Shown here piece after piece: positions 30,997 to 40,852 of a DNA stretch of 50,553 nucleotides. The notes beneath the pieces are model-generated. The model did no database searches and was not told the origin of the DNA. It worked only from the letters and a program-made list of their open reading frames with translations. How positions within the stretch are numbered: the stretch's first letter is position 1; every line of letters starts with the position of its first letter. The stretch is taken from the sequence record DRR378314_60; one strand, written 5' to 3'. Made by a program: the position numbers and the translations under genes.

Positions 30997-32016
30997 ATGA
31001 AGCTCTCAACATCCGTGAAATGCGCCCTAGCGACGTCCATCGCCGCTTCCATCATGGCTAGCCAAGCGCTCTATGCCGATACCGTTCGTTTACGCATGCA
31101 CACGTTTTATGGCACCGAAGTGGATCAGATTGCAGCTGATTTGCGGGAACGGGTAAGTGAAGCGAGTGATGGCACTATCAACATTCAATTTTTCCGTGGC
31201 GGCGAGCTAGTCAGCAGCGACCAGTTTGTCGAAGCCGTTGCCCGTGGGAGCATCGATATCGGCCATGGTGTGGGTAGTTACTGGCCTGGCACAGTGGGTA
31301 TCGGCACTATCGAAGGGGGCCTACCTGGAGCATGGGTAAGCGCTGAAGAAGCACACGATATATTTGCCAACCAAGGCCTTGATGAACTCATCGCAGAAGC
31401 TTACGAAGAGCAAGGCGTTAAGCTGATTGGCCGCGGCTTTGGTAGCGATTATGGTCTAGTCACCCGAGAGCCTGTTTCCAGCCTGGAAGATCTTTCCAGC
31501 ATGCGCATCCGCGCAACCAGCTCCATTGCAACGGTGTTGGAAAAATTTGATATTCCAACAGCCTTTATTCCAGGTGAAGAACTCTACGTCGCGCTTTCGA
31601 CAGGCGTTATCGACGGTGCCATTTACGGTGGCCCTGTTGAGTACGAACAGCTACGCATTAATGAAGTGGCGGGCTACTACACCGATATCAACTTACTTAA
31701 CCCAGGCTGGACAGAAAACGCATTCATCAACCCCCGCGCTTGGGAACGGATGAGCGAAGAGCAGCAGCAGATCTTGGTAGATGAGCTGGCTCAGTACCTG
31801 GAAGACGTTCACAACTGGCTGGAAGAAGGCAACCAACGCATCATCGATGAAGGTGAGCTGTTTGAATTCGCCACCCTGCCAGCAGAAGATTCAAAACGCT
31901 TAGCCGAAGCATCTTTGCCGATTTGGGAAGAGGAAGCGGCACGCTCTGAGCGAAATGCCCAAGCCGTTGAAATCTTGATTAATAACGCCAAAGCGCAAGG
32001 AAGATTGAGTGAGTAA
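30997..32016 (+). CDS. dctP: TRAP transporter substrate-binding protein
   Basis: Signal peptide; GELV, EDL..MRIR and ELYVALSTGVIDG motifs. Confidence 0.9.
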   Translation: MKLSTSVKCALATSIAASIMASQALYADTVRLRMHTFYGTEVDQIAADLRERVSEASDGTINIQFFRGGELVSSDQFVEAVARGSIDIGHGVGSYWPGTVGIGTIEGGLPGAWVSAEEAHDIFANQGLDELIAEAYEEQGVKLIGRGFGSDYGLVTREPVSSLEDLSSMRIRATSSIATVLEKFDIPTAFIPGEELYVALSTGVIDGAIYGGPVEYEQLRINEVAGYYTDINLLNPGWTENAFINPRAWERMSEEQQQILVDELAQYLEDVHNWLEEGNQRIIDEGELFEFATLPAEDSKRLAEASLPIWEEEAARSERNAQAVEILINNAKAQGRLSE

Positions 32017-32551
32017 GATCAACCGATATCTACGCTTTCAGGATGGGCTTTCCGACTGGGTCGGACGAGTCACCGCTTGGCTGACGCTAGGTATTATCGG
32101 TGTACTGCTCTATGAAGTAGTCGCTCGCTATGTACTCAATGCCCCCACTGTGTGGGGGCACGAACTAGCGACGATGTTCTTCGGTGCGCTGAGTATCCTG
32201 GCTGGCAGCTATACCTTACGCCACCAAAGCCACGTGCGCAGTGATGTCATCTATCGCCTGCTGCCCTTCCGCATGCAGGCGTTGTGTGACGTGATTGTGT
32301 TCTCACTGGGTATCTTGGTGCTGAGTGTATTTTTCACCATGGCCATGGAATTTGCCCACCGCTCCTGGCTAATTGGTGAGTATTCCAACCGAAGCATTTG
32401 GCGTCCAGCACTTTGGCCGATAAAAGCGACCATTCCAATTGCCGTTGGATTGCTAATTCTGCAGAGCGTAGCAGAGCTAGTGAGGGCCATCGTGCGTTTA
32501 CTTGGCATTCCCTATGATGATCCGCGAGACGACATTAGCGACGCTGATTAA
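32009..32551 (+). CDS. dctQ: TRAP transporter small permease
   Basis: 4 TM segments; YEVVARY..NAPT.W and HVRSD motifs. Confidence 0.9.
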   Translation: MSKINRYLRFQDGLSDWVGRVTAWLTLGIIGVLLYEVVARYVLNAPTVWGHELATMFFGALSILAGSYTLRHQSHVRSDVIYRLLPFRMQALCDVIVFSLGILVLSVFFTMAMEFAHRSWLIGEYSNRSIWRPALWPIKATIPIAVGLLILQSVAELVRAIVRLLGIPYDDPRDDISDAD

Positions 32552-32679
32552 ATACAGCCCGACTCTGTTTAAACAGAGTGCTGCTTAACCCTCGCTCTAT
32601 TTCAACGTGGTTTTACCGTGAAAAATAAGAGACACACCCCGGCACGTCCTTGTGGATATGCCATGCAAAGGGTATCCCT

Positions 32680-33999
32680 ATGTTAAATTTAGACCCCATG
32701 ATAATTACGGCGATCATGTTTCTCTCCATGATCGTCCTAATGGCAATAGGCGCTCCGCTAGCGTGGGCGTTGATGATATCGGGCATGGGAAGTGCCTACA
32801 TGATGTTTGGCCCTGGTGGCTTAGACTTCTTGCTCTCATCGGCATACAGCACCATGGACAACTTTCTCCTGGTGGCCCTCCCGCTGTTCATCTTTATGGG
32901 ATTGGTACTGGAACGTTCCGGTATTACCGATGATCTTTTCGAGATGATGCATAAGCTGATGGGCAGCCTTCCTGGCGGGCTCGGGATAGGCACCATTCTG
33001 ATCTGCGCCCTTATCGCTGCCATGGCGGGAGTCTCAGGGGCAGCTACCGTCAGCCTAGGGATCATTGCATTACCGGCAATGCTCAAGCGGGGCTATCACA
33101 AGCGGCTAGTCACCGGCACTATCATGGCGGGTGGTGCATTGGGTTTTCTCATCCCACCTAGCATCTTAATGATTGTCTATGCGTTTCTGGCCCGTGAATC
33201 GGTAGGAAAGCTATTTGCTGCTGGCTTAGTGCCTGGCCTAATGCTTGCCGCTATTTACATGGCCTATATATTGATACGCTGCCGCATAAACCCTTCTCTA
33301 GGTCCCGCTGCGCCAGTAGAAGAACGCTTTAGTGCCAAAGAAAAGCTGATGTCTTTGCGCCATGTGATTGCCCCAGGCCTTTTGGTCACTGCCGTTTTGG
33401 GCTGCATTATCGGAGGGGTGACCTCGCCTTCCGAAGCATCTGCAGTCGGGGCTGGCGGTGCCATGCTGATTGCAGCGCTGAGAGGCCGGCTTAACTGGAG
33501 CCTACTGCGCTACGCGATGCTCAGCACGGCCAAAATAACCGGTATGTTGCTCTGGATTGCCATTGCCGCGGTATTCTTTAGCCGTATCTATATGGGCTTA
33601 GGCGCCGGTATGATCGTCAGTGATTTTATTAATGACTTCTCGCTGTCGCCCTATACCGTCATCATCATCATGCTGATTAGCTTTTTTGCACTGGGCATGT
33701 TTCTCGATGACTTTGCGATCCTGTTCATCACGATTCCGCTTTATGTGCCAATCGTACGTGACTTAGGGTTCGATACTACCTGGTTTGCGGTGCTGTTTAT
33801 TATAAGTATGCAGTCCGCTTATCTGACACCGCCCTTTGGGTATAACCTGTTCTATATGCGATCAGTCGCACCAAAATCCATTACTATCGTCGATATCTAT
33901 CGTTCAGCACTGCCGTATGTTGCTCTACAGATAGTGGGGTTAGCAATTATCGTCCTATTCCCAAGTATTGCGCTGTGGTTGCCCAACTTACTGTTCTAA
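32680..33999 (+). CDS. dctM: TRAP transporter large permease
   Basis: ALPLFIFMG, LIPPS, SPSEAS and LTPPFG motifs. Confidence 0.92.
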   Translation: MLNLDPMIITAIMFLSMIVLMAIGAPLAWALMISGMGSAYMMFGPGGLDFLLSSAYSTMDNFLLVALPLFIFMGLVLERSGITDDLFEMMHKLMGSLPGGLGIGTILICALIAAMAGVSGAATVSLGIIALPAMLKRGYHKRLVTGTIMAGGALGFLIPPSILMIVYAFLARESVGKLFAAGLVPGLMLAAIYMAYILIRCRINPSLGPAAPVEERFSAKEKLMSLRHVIAPGLLVTAVLGCIIGGVTSPSEASAVGAGGAMLIAALRGRLNWSLLRYAMLSTAKITGMLLWIAIAAVFFSRIYMGLGAGMIVSDFINDFSLSPYTVIIIMLISFFALGMFLDDFAILFITIPLYVPIVRDLGFDTTWFAVLFIISMQSAYLTPPFGYNLFYMRSVAPKSITIVDIYRSALPYVALQIVGLAIIVLFPSIALWLPNLLF

Positions 34000-34036
34000 A
34001 CAAGCGTATCAAACGGCTATCGGCAGAAACCCAACT

Positions 34037-34068
34037 AAAAAGGCCCTAATGATTAGGGCCTTTTCTTT
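34037..34068. terminator. Bidirectional intrinsic terminator
   Basis: AAAAAGGCCCTAAT-G-ATTAGGGCCTTTT between convergent genes. Confidence 0.8.
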
Positions 34069-34096
34069 TAGCGTTTCTGCGCTGCCTTCTGTTGCC

Positions 34097-34807
34097 CTAT
34101 GCGACACTTTGTTGGCGCATTACCTGCGCAATAATCGGCACAGGAGACATCAAGTGTTCGTGCATCAATGCCACTGCTTCATCCTTCCGGCGCTCAAGCG
34201 TGGCATCTACCAGCGCGGCATGCTCTTGGCGCTTTGCTTCAAGGGCCTGAGCAGAAAACACGGTTTCTTTAAGCCACAAAAAGCGGTAGCGCTGAACTTT
34301 ATCAAACAGCCCAGCGCGCACTTTCATTAAATGCGGAGAGTTGCAGCCAACCACCATCGCGGTGTGAAAATCACTATGCCGTCTATCCCAACTATCTAAC
34401 AGCCCTTCTGACGAACTCATTTCCGTCAGCTTTGCTAATTGATAAGACTTTGCCAAGATATTAGCTTCCCAGGCATCATCGCCACGCTCTATCGCAAGCC
34501 CCAACATCATCGCTTCAACTTGCGCCCGGGCATCGTAAATATCGTTAAGCTCCGCAAGCGACATAGGGGCTACACGATAGCCACGCTGGCTAATTGCCAC
34601 CACTAAATGCTCAGCAACAAGCTGGGAAAGTGCTTCTCGCAGAGGACCAATACCTAGGTCATAGCGCGCTTTAAGCACACTCATACGCAATTTTTCGTCA
34701 GGCTGAAAAGTGCCTTTAATAATATCTATTTTAAGTAGCTTGTAGGCACGAATACCCAAGTTTTCCTTGGCATCCGCCTTTTCGTCTGGGAAGAAAGATG
34801 AATTCAT
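34097..34807 (-). CDS. csiR: GntR/FCD transcriptional regulator CsiR (GlaR)
   Basis: PDEKLRMS.LK.RY.LG.GPLREALSQLVAE and GDDAWEA closely resemble CsiR; adjacent to gabTD. Confidence 0.85.
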   Translation of the reverse strand: MNSSFFPDEKADAKENLGIRAYKLLKIDIIKGTFQPDEKLRMSVLKARYDLGIGPLREALSQLVAEHLVVAISQRGYRVAPMSLAELNDIYDARAQVEAMMLGLAIERGDDAWEANILAKSYQLAKLTEMSSSEGLLDSWDRRHSDFHTAMVVGCNSPHLMKVRAGLFDKVQRYRFLWLKETVFSAQALEAKRQEHAALVDATLERRKDEAVALMHEHLMSPVPIIAQVMRQQSVA

Positions 34808-34907
34808 GAGTATGCATTTTGCAAAGTGGGTCAAAATAATAGCACACCTTGTAACAGCTTTTTGAACGTGTTCTGCCCCCGCACTCAATAACAAGTGCAA
34901 CAAGCAA

Positions 34908-34942
34908 TAAAAAAAGCCGATGCAGACTAGCTGCACCGGCTT
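34908..34942 (-). terminator. Intrinsic terminator downstream of gabT
   Basis: Minus strand AAGCCGGTGCAG...CTGCATCGGC followed by a T run. Confidence 0.75.
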
Positions 34943-35032
34943 CTATCAACACTCTCTATATATCAGCACACTTATCAGCGCTCTCTACAAACGCTTCTAT
35001 TGGCGCTTAACTAACCAATGAGACGCTAGATA

Positions 35033-36310
35033 TTACGCTGTAAGCTCTTCGAGCAATTCTTCAACAATCGTCAACCCTTCTTCAAGGATGCTGTCTTCAA
35101 TAGTGACCGGCATCAAGAAGCGGATCGTATTACCGTAAAGCCCACACGACAGCAGGATAAGCCCCTTCTCCCGTGCACGTTTGCACATGGCTGCAGCGAG
35201 TTCTGGGTCCGGCGATTGATCAGCTGCAACAATATCCAGTGCCGCCATCGAACCTAAGTGACGCACGTTTTCGACACAGGCAAAGCGTTGCTGCCACTGG
35301 GTAAAGCGCTGCCCCAGCACTTCTCCTAAGGCTTGGCTCTTCTCAAGAATTTTTTCTTCTTCGAATACTTCAAGCACCGCTAAAACGGCAGCACAAGAAA
35401 CCGGGCTGCCTGAGTAGGTGCCACCCAGCGAGTTAGGGCCACACGCATCCATATGCTCAGCTGTTCCCACGACGGCTGAAATCGGCATGCCACCGGCCAT
35501 ACTCTTAGCCATGGTCATGATGTCAGGCTCAACACCACTGTGTTCAATGGCAAACAGCTTACCGGTACGGCCAAAGCCAGACTGAACTTCATCGACGATC
35601 ATCAGCATGCCGTGCTCGTCGCAAATTTCACGCACCGCTTTAAGGAAGCTGGCCGGTGCAGGATAGAACCCGCCTTCACCCAACACAGGCTCAATCACGA
35701 TAGCCGCGGTGTCTCTTGGGTTGGCATCGGTCTTCAGCGTCATTTTAAGACCGCGGATAGCGTCTTCTTCGCTGACCCCATGGAACGGAACGGGGTAAGG
35801 CGCACGGAAAACATTCCCCGGCATGCTGCCGAAATCAGCCGAGTAAGGCACCACTTTACCGTTCATTGCCATGGTCATAAAGGTACGGCCATGGTAGCCA
35901 CCATCGAAGCAGATCACGTTATTCTTGCCGGTGGCGGCACGCGCAATCTTGACGGCATTCTCCAGCGCTTCAGCCCCGGAGTTAACCAGCATGACTTTGC
36001 CATGGCCGCGCACAGGCGTGAGCTGACTGAGTTTTTCAGCGACTTTCACGTAGCCTTCGTAAGGAATAACGGTTTGGCAAGTGTGCATCACCCGACCTAA
36101 CTGCTCCCTAACCGCTTCGACTACCTTAGGATGGCAATGGCCGATATTAAGCACGCCAATACCGCCCGCAAAATCAATAATACGGTTACCATCCGCATCC
36201 CAGATAATCGCGTTTTCAGCACGGTCCGCAAATTGCGTTGCAGGGCTGGCGGCACCATTAGCGACATATTTCTGTTTAAGCTCATTCAGCTGTGCATTGC
36301 TCATCTTCAT
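35033..36310 (-). CDS. gabT: 4-aminobutyrate/5-aminovalerate aminotransferase
   Basis: [43 protein letters not shown] and AKS PLP motif. Confidence 0.93.
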   Translation of the reverse strand: MKMSNAQLNELKQKYVANGAASPATQFADRAENAIIWDADGNRIIDFAGGIGVLNIGHCHPKVVEAVREQLGRVMHTCQTVIPYEGYVKVAEKLSQLTPVRGHGKVMLVNSGAEALENAVKIARAATGKNNVICFDGGYHGRTFMTMAMNGKVVPYSADFGSMPGNVFRAPYPVPFHGVSEEDAIRGLKMTLKTDANPRDTAAIVIEPVLGEGGFYPAPASFLKAVREICDEHGMLMIVDEVQSGFGRTGKLFAIEHSGVEPDIMTMAKSMAGGMPISAVVGTAEHMDACGPNSLGGTYSGSPVSCAAVLAVLEVFEEEKILEKSQALGEVLGQRFTQWQQRFACVENVRHLGSMAALDIVAADQSPDPELAAAMCKRAREKGLILLSCGLYGNTIRFLMPVTIEDSILEEGLTIVEELLEELTA

Positions 36311-36344
36311 TTACTGCATTCCTCAGTTAATTAGTGAAAATCGC

Positions 36345-37790
36345 TTATAGGCCGCCAACACAGACGTATTTCAACTCAGTAAACTCATCAAGCCCATGAC
36401 GTGAGCCTTCACGGCCCAGCCCAGACTCTTTCACCCCACCAAAGGGCGCTAGCTCGGTAGACAGAATGCCTTCGTTAACGGCTACCATGCCGTACTCCAG
36501 CCCTTCCATTACGTGCCAAATTCTGCGGTAGTCGCGGGCATAGAAGTAAGCTGCCAGCCCGAACTCAGTCGCATTCGCCATGGCAATGGCTTCTTCGTCG
36601 GTCTCGAAACGGAACACAGGCGCCAAGGGACCAAACGTCTCTTCACGGGCAACCCGCATGTTGTCGGTCACATCAGCAATAATCGTCGGTTCGAAGAAAG
36701 TACCGCCCAACGTGTGCGGCTTGCCGCCACAGACCAAACGCCCACCCTTTTCCAACGCATCAGCAATGTGGGACTCGACCTTTTCGACCGCAGCCTGATT
36801 GATCAACGGGCCTTGCATAACACCATCATCCAGCCCATTGCCCACGTTCAGTTCAGCCACCCGCTTGGCAAACTTCTCAACAAATGCCTCGTAAACGCCG
36901 CTTTGCACCAAGAAACGGTTGGTACACACACAGGTCTGGCCAGAGTTGCGATACTTGGAGGCAACAGCCCCTTCAACGGCGGCGTCTAGGTCGGCGTCAT
37001 CAAACACGATGAAAGGGGCGTTACCGCCTAACTCCAACGATACTTTTTTGACTGTACCGGCACACTGAGCAAGCAGCTTTTTACCCACTGGCGTAGAGCC
37101 CGTGAAAGAGAACTTACGCACGCGCGGATCGGTGGTTAACACCTCGCCAATGGGTGCAGGCTGGCTGGCCGTGACCACATTGATTACCCCAGCGGGCAGG
37201 CCAGCAAGCTCAGCCAAGCGCGCCACCGCCAACGCCGTGAGTGGCGTTGCTTCTGCAGGTTTGATTACCACCGTACAGCCTGCCGCTAAAGCGGGAGCGC
37301 ACTTACGGGTGATCATTGCCAGCGGGAAGTTCCAGGGCGTAACGGCGGCCACAACGCCAATGGGTTCGCGAAACACCAGAATGCGCTTATCGACACCATG
37401 GCCCGGCAAGGTTTCACCGGCCATACGCTTGGTCTCTTCGGCATAAAACTCGACAAATGACGCGCCATACGCCACTTCACCGCGGGACTCTGCCAGCGGC
37501 TTGCCCTGCTCCAACGTCATTAGCCGAGCCAGGTCTTCCTGGTGCGCCATGATGGCGTCGAACCAGGCGCGCAACAGCGTTGCACGCTCTTTCGCAGTAC
37601 GCTTTTTCCAGCCCGGTCCTGCTGCCTCTGCTGCGGCAACCGCTGCTCGTGCACCATCAGCATCCAGGTCAGGGACTTCTGCTAATAGCTCGCCATTTGC
37701 CGGGTTAGTGACCGCAAAGCGCTTTTCAGCACCGCACCACTCTCCGCCAATAAATGCGTCAGGTATCAAAATATCGGGTAACTCACTCAT
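36345..37790 (-). CDS. gabD: NAD(P)-dependent succinate/glutarate-semialdehyde dehydrogenase
   Basis: TPWNFP, FTGST, LELGGNAP, NSGQTCVC, EETFGP and PFGGVKESG motifs. Confidence 0.93.
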   Translation of the reverse strand: MSELPDILIPDAFIGGEWCGAEKRFAVTNPANGELLAEVPDLDADGARAAVAAAEAAGPGWKKRTAKERATLLRAWFDAIMAHQEDLARLMTLEQGKPLAESRGEVAYGASFVEFYAEETKRMAGETLPGHGVDKRILVFREPIGVVAAVTPWNFPLAMITRKCAPALAAGCTVVIKPAEATPLTALAVARLAELAGLPAGVINVVTASQPAPIGEVLTTDPRVRKFSFTGSTPVGKKLLAQCAGTVKKVSLELGGNAPFIVFDDADLDAAVEGAVASKYRNSGQTCVCTNRFLVQSGVYEAFVEKFAKRVAELNVGNGLDDGVMQGPLINQAAVEKVESHIADALEKGGRLVCGGKPHTLGGTFFEPTIIADVTDNMRVAREETFGPLAPVFRFETDEEAIAMANATEFGLAAYFYARDYRRIWHVMEGLEYGMVAVNEGILSTELAPFGGVKESGLGREGSRHGLDEFTELKYVCVGGL

Positions 37791-38177
37791 CTTGTTTTCC
37801 TTTTTGCCATGACATTAGAGCGTGCTCTCAAACGCTGGCCGCGCCTCCCACGAACTCACTACAACGCCATTGCCTGTACTTCCGAAAGCACTACCGAGCC
37901 AGCTTCTGCATTTTCAGATAGGCAGCATCAACCGTAATGACTAACAAAAATATCTACATTTATAAAAAACGTCAAAATATATTTTTAGCATATACACTAA
38001 AAACTGGACGATGGGGTTGGATGACACCGAAAATGGTAGCTAGGCTGCGGGCAGGATTGGTACAAAAAGCGATCAAGGCGTGTGCCTCAGCTTTTCCGAC
38101 CAGGAAACAGGCCTTTATCGGGTATCGCTTTCGGATAAAATTAATCTGAAAAAGAGGCCGCCCCTACATCGGCGAAA

Positions 38178-38756
38178 ATGAACAACTTAACGGCTAACAC
38201 CACCTTAAAGCGCCCTACCCACTGGGCACTGTTCAGCGTGATAGCACTGATGTTGATAGGCAGCGGCACGCAGGCCGTTGGTGATTCACACGGCGACAGT
38301 ACTTATAGCGACAGCACCAACAGCGAGTGCGGCCTGACGGAGCAACAACAGGAAATGCTAACGCTGGTGAACGAGGCACGAAACAACGCCCGTCAATGTG
38401 GCGATCAAGCATTTCCAGCAGCCAGCCCACTAACCTGGAGCTGCCAACTGGAGGCCGCTGCCGCAATGCACGCCAGCGATATGGCCAACAACGACTACGT
38501 TAGCCATACCGATGCTAACGGCGCAGGAATTGAGCAACGCGCTAATCAACATGGCTACACGTGGCAAGCCTTGGGTGAAAATATTGCTGCTGGGCATACA
38601 TCTATCGCCGCCGTGATAAACGGCTGGTTAGAGAGCCCCGGCCATTGCAGCAATCTGATGAATGGCACCTTCACCGAAATGGGCATGGCCAAAGCCAGCA
38701 ATGCTGATTCGCGCTATACCACCTTCTGGACACAGATGCTGGGGACCCCCCGCTAA
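38178..38756 (+). CDS. Secreted CAP (SCP-like) domain protein
   Basis: Signal peptide; LVNEAR, HASDMA, GENIAAG and WLESPGHC.N motifs. Confidence 0.88.
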   Translation: MNNLTANTTLKRPTHWALFSVIALMLIGSGTQAVGDSHGDSTYSDSTNSECGLTEQQQEMLTLVNEARNNARQCGDQAFPAASPLTWSCQLEAAAAMHASDMANNDYVSHTDANGAGIEQRANQHGYTWQALGENIAAGHTSIAAVINGWLESPGHCSNLMNGTFTEMGMAKASNADSRYTTFWTQMLGTPR

Positions 38757-38762
38757 CCCTTC

Positions 38763-39242
38763 TTAAAACCCACCGTAATGAACCGCCGAAATCGCATTCT
38801 TGGGCGAACCATCCACCAGCTTGGTGCTGTAAGTTAAGTACACAAAAGTTTCGGTTTCAGCATCGTGCATGCGCACCACGCGCATATTCTTAAATAGCGC
38901 AGAGCGGCGCTGGTTAAAAACGACCTCTTGCTCGTCTACCTCATCAGGGTCAAAGACGATCTCTCCCGTTTGCCGACAAGCCACGCTCGCCTCGCTAGCT
39001 TCCTCAGCCAGCCCGACCGCACCCGATAGGCCGCCCACCTGAGAGTAAGAGAGATAGCAGGAGATCCCCTGCACTTTTGGGTCGTCGAAGCGCTCCACTT
39101 CAATCGTACTGTTCGGGCCAATCAACCTAAACTCCGTTCGCACGCTGCCAATATGGGCATCCTGCGCCAGAAGCGCTGTAGGCAGCAGTAACGAAGAGAT
39201 CATCGCAAGCGACGTGATGGCAATAGCGGGTTGGAAACGCAT
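38763..39242 (-). CDS. creA: CreA family protein
   Basis: FDDPKV.G..CY.S, S.ACRQ.G, S.LFK and LVDGSPKNAIS motifs. Confidence 0.9.
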   Translation of the reverse strand: MRFQPAIAITSLAMISSLLLPTALLAQDAHIGSVRTEFRLIGPNSTIEVERFDDPKVQGISCYLSYSQVGGLSGAVGLAEEASEASVACRQTGEIVFDPDEVDEQEVVFNQRRSALFKNMRVVRMHDAETETFVYLTYSTKLVDGSPKNAISAVHYGGF

Positions 39243-39363
39243 AGCAATGTCCTTAGCAGGTGCAGCAGAAACGGCAAAACAAGAGCATACCTGATACCGG
39301 CAGAGTCGGGGCAGTCAAGAGAGGCTAACTGTCGAAATGGGAAATAGATGGTAAAAGCAAGAA

Positions 39364-39390
39364 TGGAGCCGGGACCTGGCAGGAGTCGAA
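39364..39390 (-). other. Possible att site: degenerate tRNA/tmRNA 3'-end remnant marking the left border of the satellite
   Basis: Minus strand TTCGACTCCTGCCAGGTCCCGGCTCCA (T-loop ... CCA); the sequence turns AT-rich immediately to its right. Confidence 0.45.
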
Positions 39391-39579
39391 AAATCACAGT
39401 AAACAATTGAATTATGGATATTAAATATAAAAGACAAAATCTCAATATACCAAATAATATACCAAAACCGCTGTTTGCAGCCCGCTAACTGCTCGTTATT
39501 TATTATCATCAATCACAGGCGATCCTGTACGATGTATATATGGACTGCTTACGGGCATGAACAATATTGATGGTGATTG

Positions 39580-39650
39580 GTACAATGCAGCATTTGCAGC
39601 TGGTTTGGAGCGCAGCGGAAAAAAAGTCCGAAACCTTGAACTTGTTATTT
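39580..39650 (-). repeat. Degenerate integron attC-like site after the HNH gene
   Basis: AAATAAC (contains the TAA stop) ...CGGAC-N-TTTTCCGCTGCGCTCCAAACCAGCTGCAAATGC; aligns without gaps to 41597-41666. Confidence 0.7.
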
Positions 39651-40748
39651 TTGTAATACAAAAATTGGAATTTCACCCTCCCAAAGCTCTCCATTACCCC
39701 ACTCTAAATTTATATATGCTTTGAATCGACTATGCACTAATCCAGCGTTAGATACTTGAACGCGAAGAAAACGTTTAACAAAATGTAGGGAAGGTGTTTT
39801 TTCTTCCTTGTTTATGCGTTCAACTGGTATCAACGATAAACGGATGAGCTCCATAAGTATTAGTCTACTAAACATCTCCAAATCATCTTTATAATCGTAA
39901 TAATAACTTGTTGCTAAAGAGCCTAGCTCTTTTTCATGATCTATTTCTCCTTTAATAGTACCTAAGCACATAGAGATCATTTGTTTAGCGTTATCAATCC
40001 CTTCAACCATTTCCAGCCTTCCATCAAGAATTGAAATATCTCCAGTTTCATCAATTCTCATACCCACACCTAAATCATGAGGATTAGTTGCCAGTGGCTT
40101 CTTATCTACATCTATGTATAAAATATATCTACCCTCACGAGAGACTTCTATTCTTATATCTAGTATTCTCCTTGCATCCCCTTGTGACTCAATAACAACG
40201 TATGTTTCCGCATCAGGCAAAGAACTAAAATCTAAAACATAATGATGCAGCGAGCCTTCATTTCCTATTAACGAAGCGATTAATTCAAAACTCCACTCAT
40301 GGAAGTGAATCGCACTCCAACGGGCGAAATAAATTATTCCATTACCTAACTGAATTAAAGTAATATCTTTGTTTTCATTTTCATGCGCAGGTAGTTTAAG
40401 GCTATCTGCAGCTTTTTTTTCAGCTTGCGCTTTCCAATCATGTAATGTATTAGCTGAATATTCAGTGTAATCAGCATCGATCAAGTTTCCATGGTCTCTG
40501 CACATCCAAATCCCATTTGAGATATGCCTTCTTTCATCGGGAGTCATTTTAGGATTGTATCTAGGCCCTCCTGAAGCGGCAGCATGAATATGGGCAGCAA
40601 TACCATTGTTGACTCTTTTAGTAGGATCACCAGAGTTTGGGCCGACTGTATTTCTACCGCATCCAGGAAATGAGCATTTCCAACTAACGCGTTCTGCCAT
40701 TATCCTTTTGTCATTTGGTAAGAATTCATCCCGTTTTTTTATACTCAT
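39645..40748 (-). CDS. HNH endonuclease fused to a C-terminal gp25/GPW/DUF2634-like (baseplate wedge) domain
   Basis: N-terminus CSFPGC...AAHIHAA..GGPRY...NGIWMCRDH..LID; C-terminus IDETGDISI.DG.L..VEG....KQ.I...LGT.KGE....ELGS; GGAG RBS. Confidence 0.7.
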   Translation of the reverse strand: MSIKKRDEFLPNDKRIMAERVSWKCSFPGCGRNTVGPNSGDPTKRVNNGIAAHIHAAASGGPRYNPKMTPDERRHISNGIWMCRDHGNLIDADYTEYSANTLHDWKAQAEKKAADSLKLPAHENENKDITLIQLGNGIIYFARWSAIHFHEWSFELIASLIGNEGSLHHYVLDFSSLPDAETYVVIESQGDARRILDIRIEVSREGRYILYIDVDKKPLATNPHDLGVGMRIDETGDISILDGRLEMVEGIDNAKQMISMCLGTIKGEIDHEKELGSLATSYYYDYKDDLEMFSRLILMELIRLSLIPVERINKEEKTPSLHFVKRFLRVQVSNAGLVHSRFKAYINLEWGNGELWEGEIPIFVLQK

Positions 40749-40852
40749 AACTCTCCGTTCACGAGAAGGACATAAGGCATGCGCTAGGGGCGGAAAGACC
40801 GCCCCAGACAAAAAAGGCGAAAGAAACAGCTAGCTATCTTCCAGTGCTAGAC

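Noticed and set aside
22486-37812. Many 60-190 aa antisense or alternate-frame ORFs over the hut, TRAP and gab genes
   Set aside because: Shadow ORFs of well-supported genes, expected from codon bias, with no independent motifs or RBS.
39315-39694. Short minus-strand ORFs (61-65 aa) at the island border
   Set aside because: They read through the attC-like and att sequences without an RBS or motifs. A further TAAC-containing segment near 39465-39502 was too weak to call as attC.
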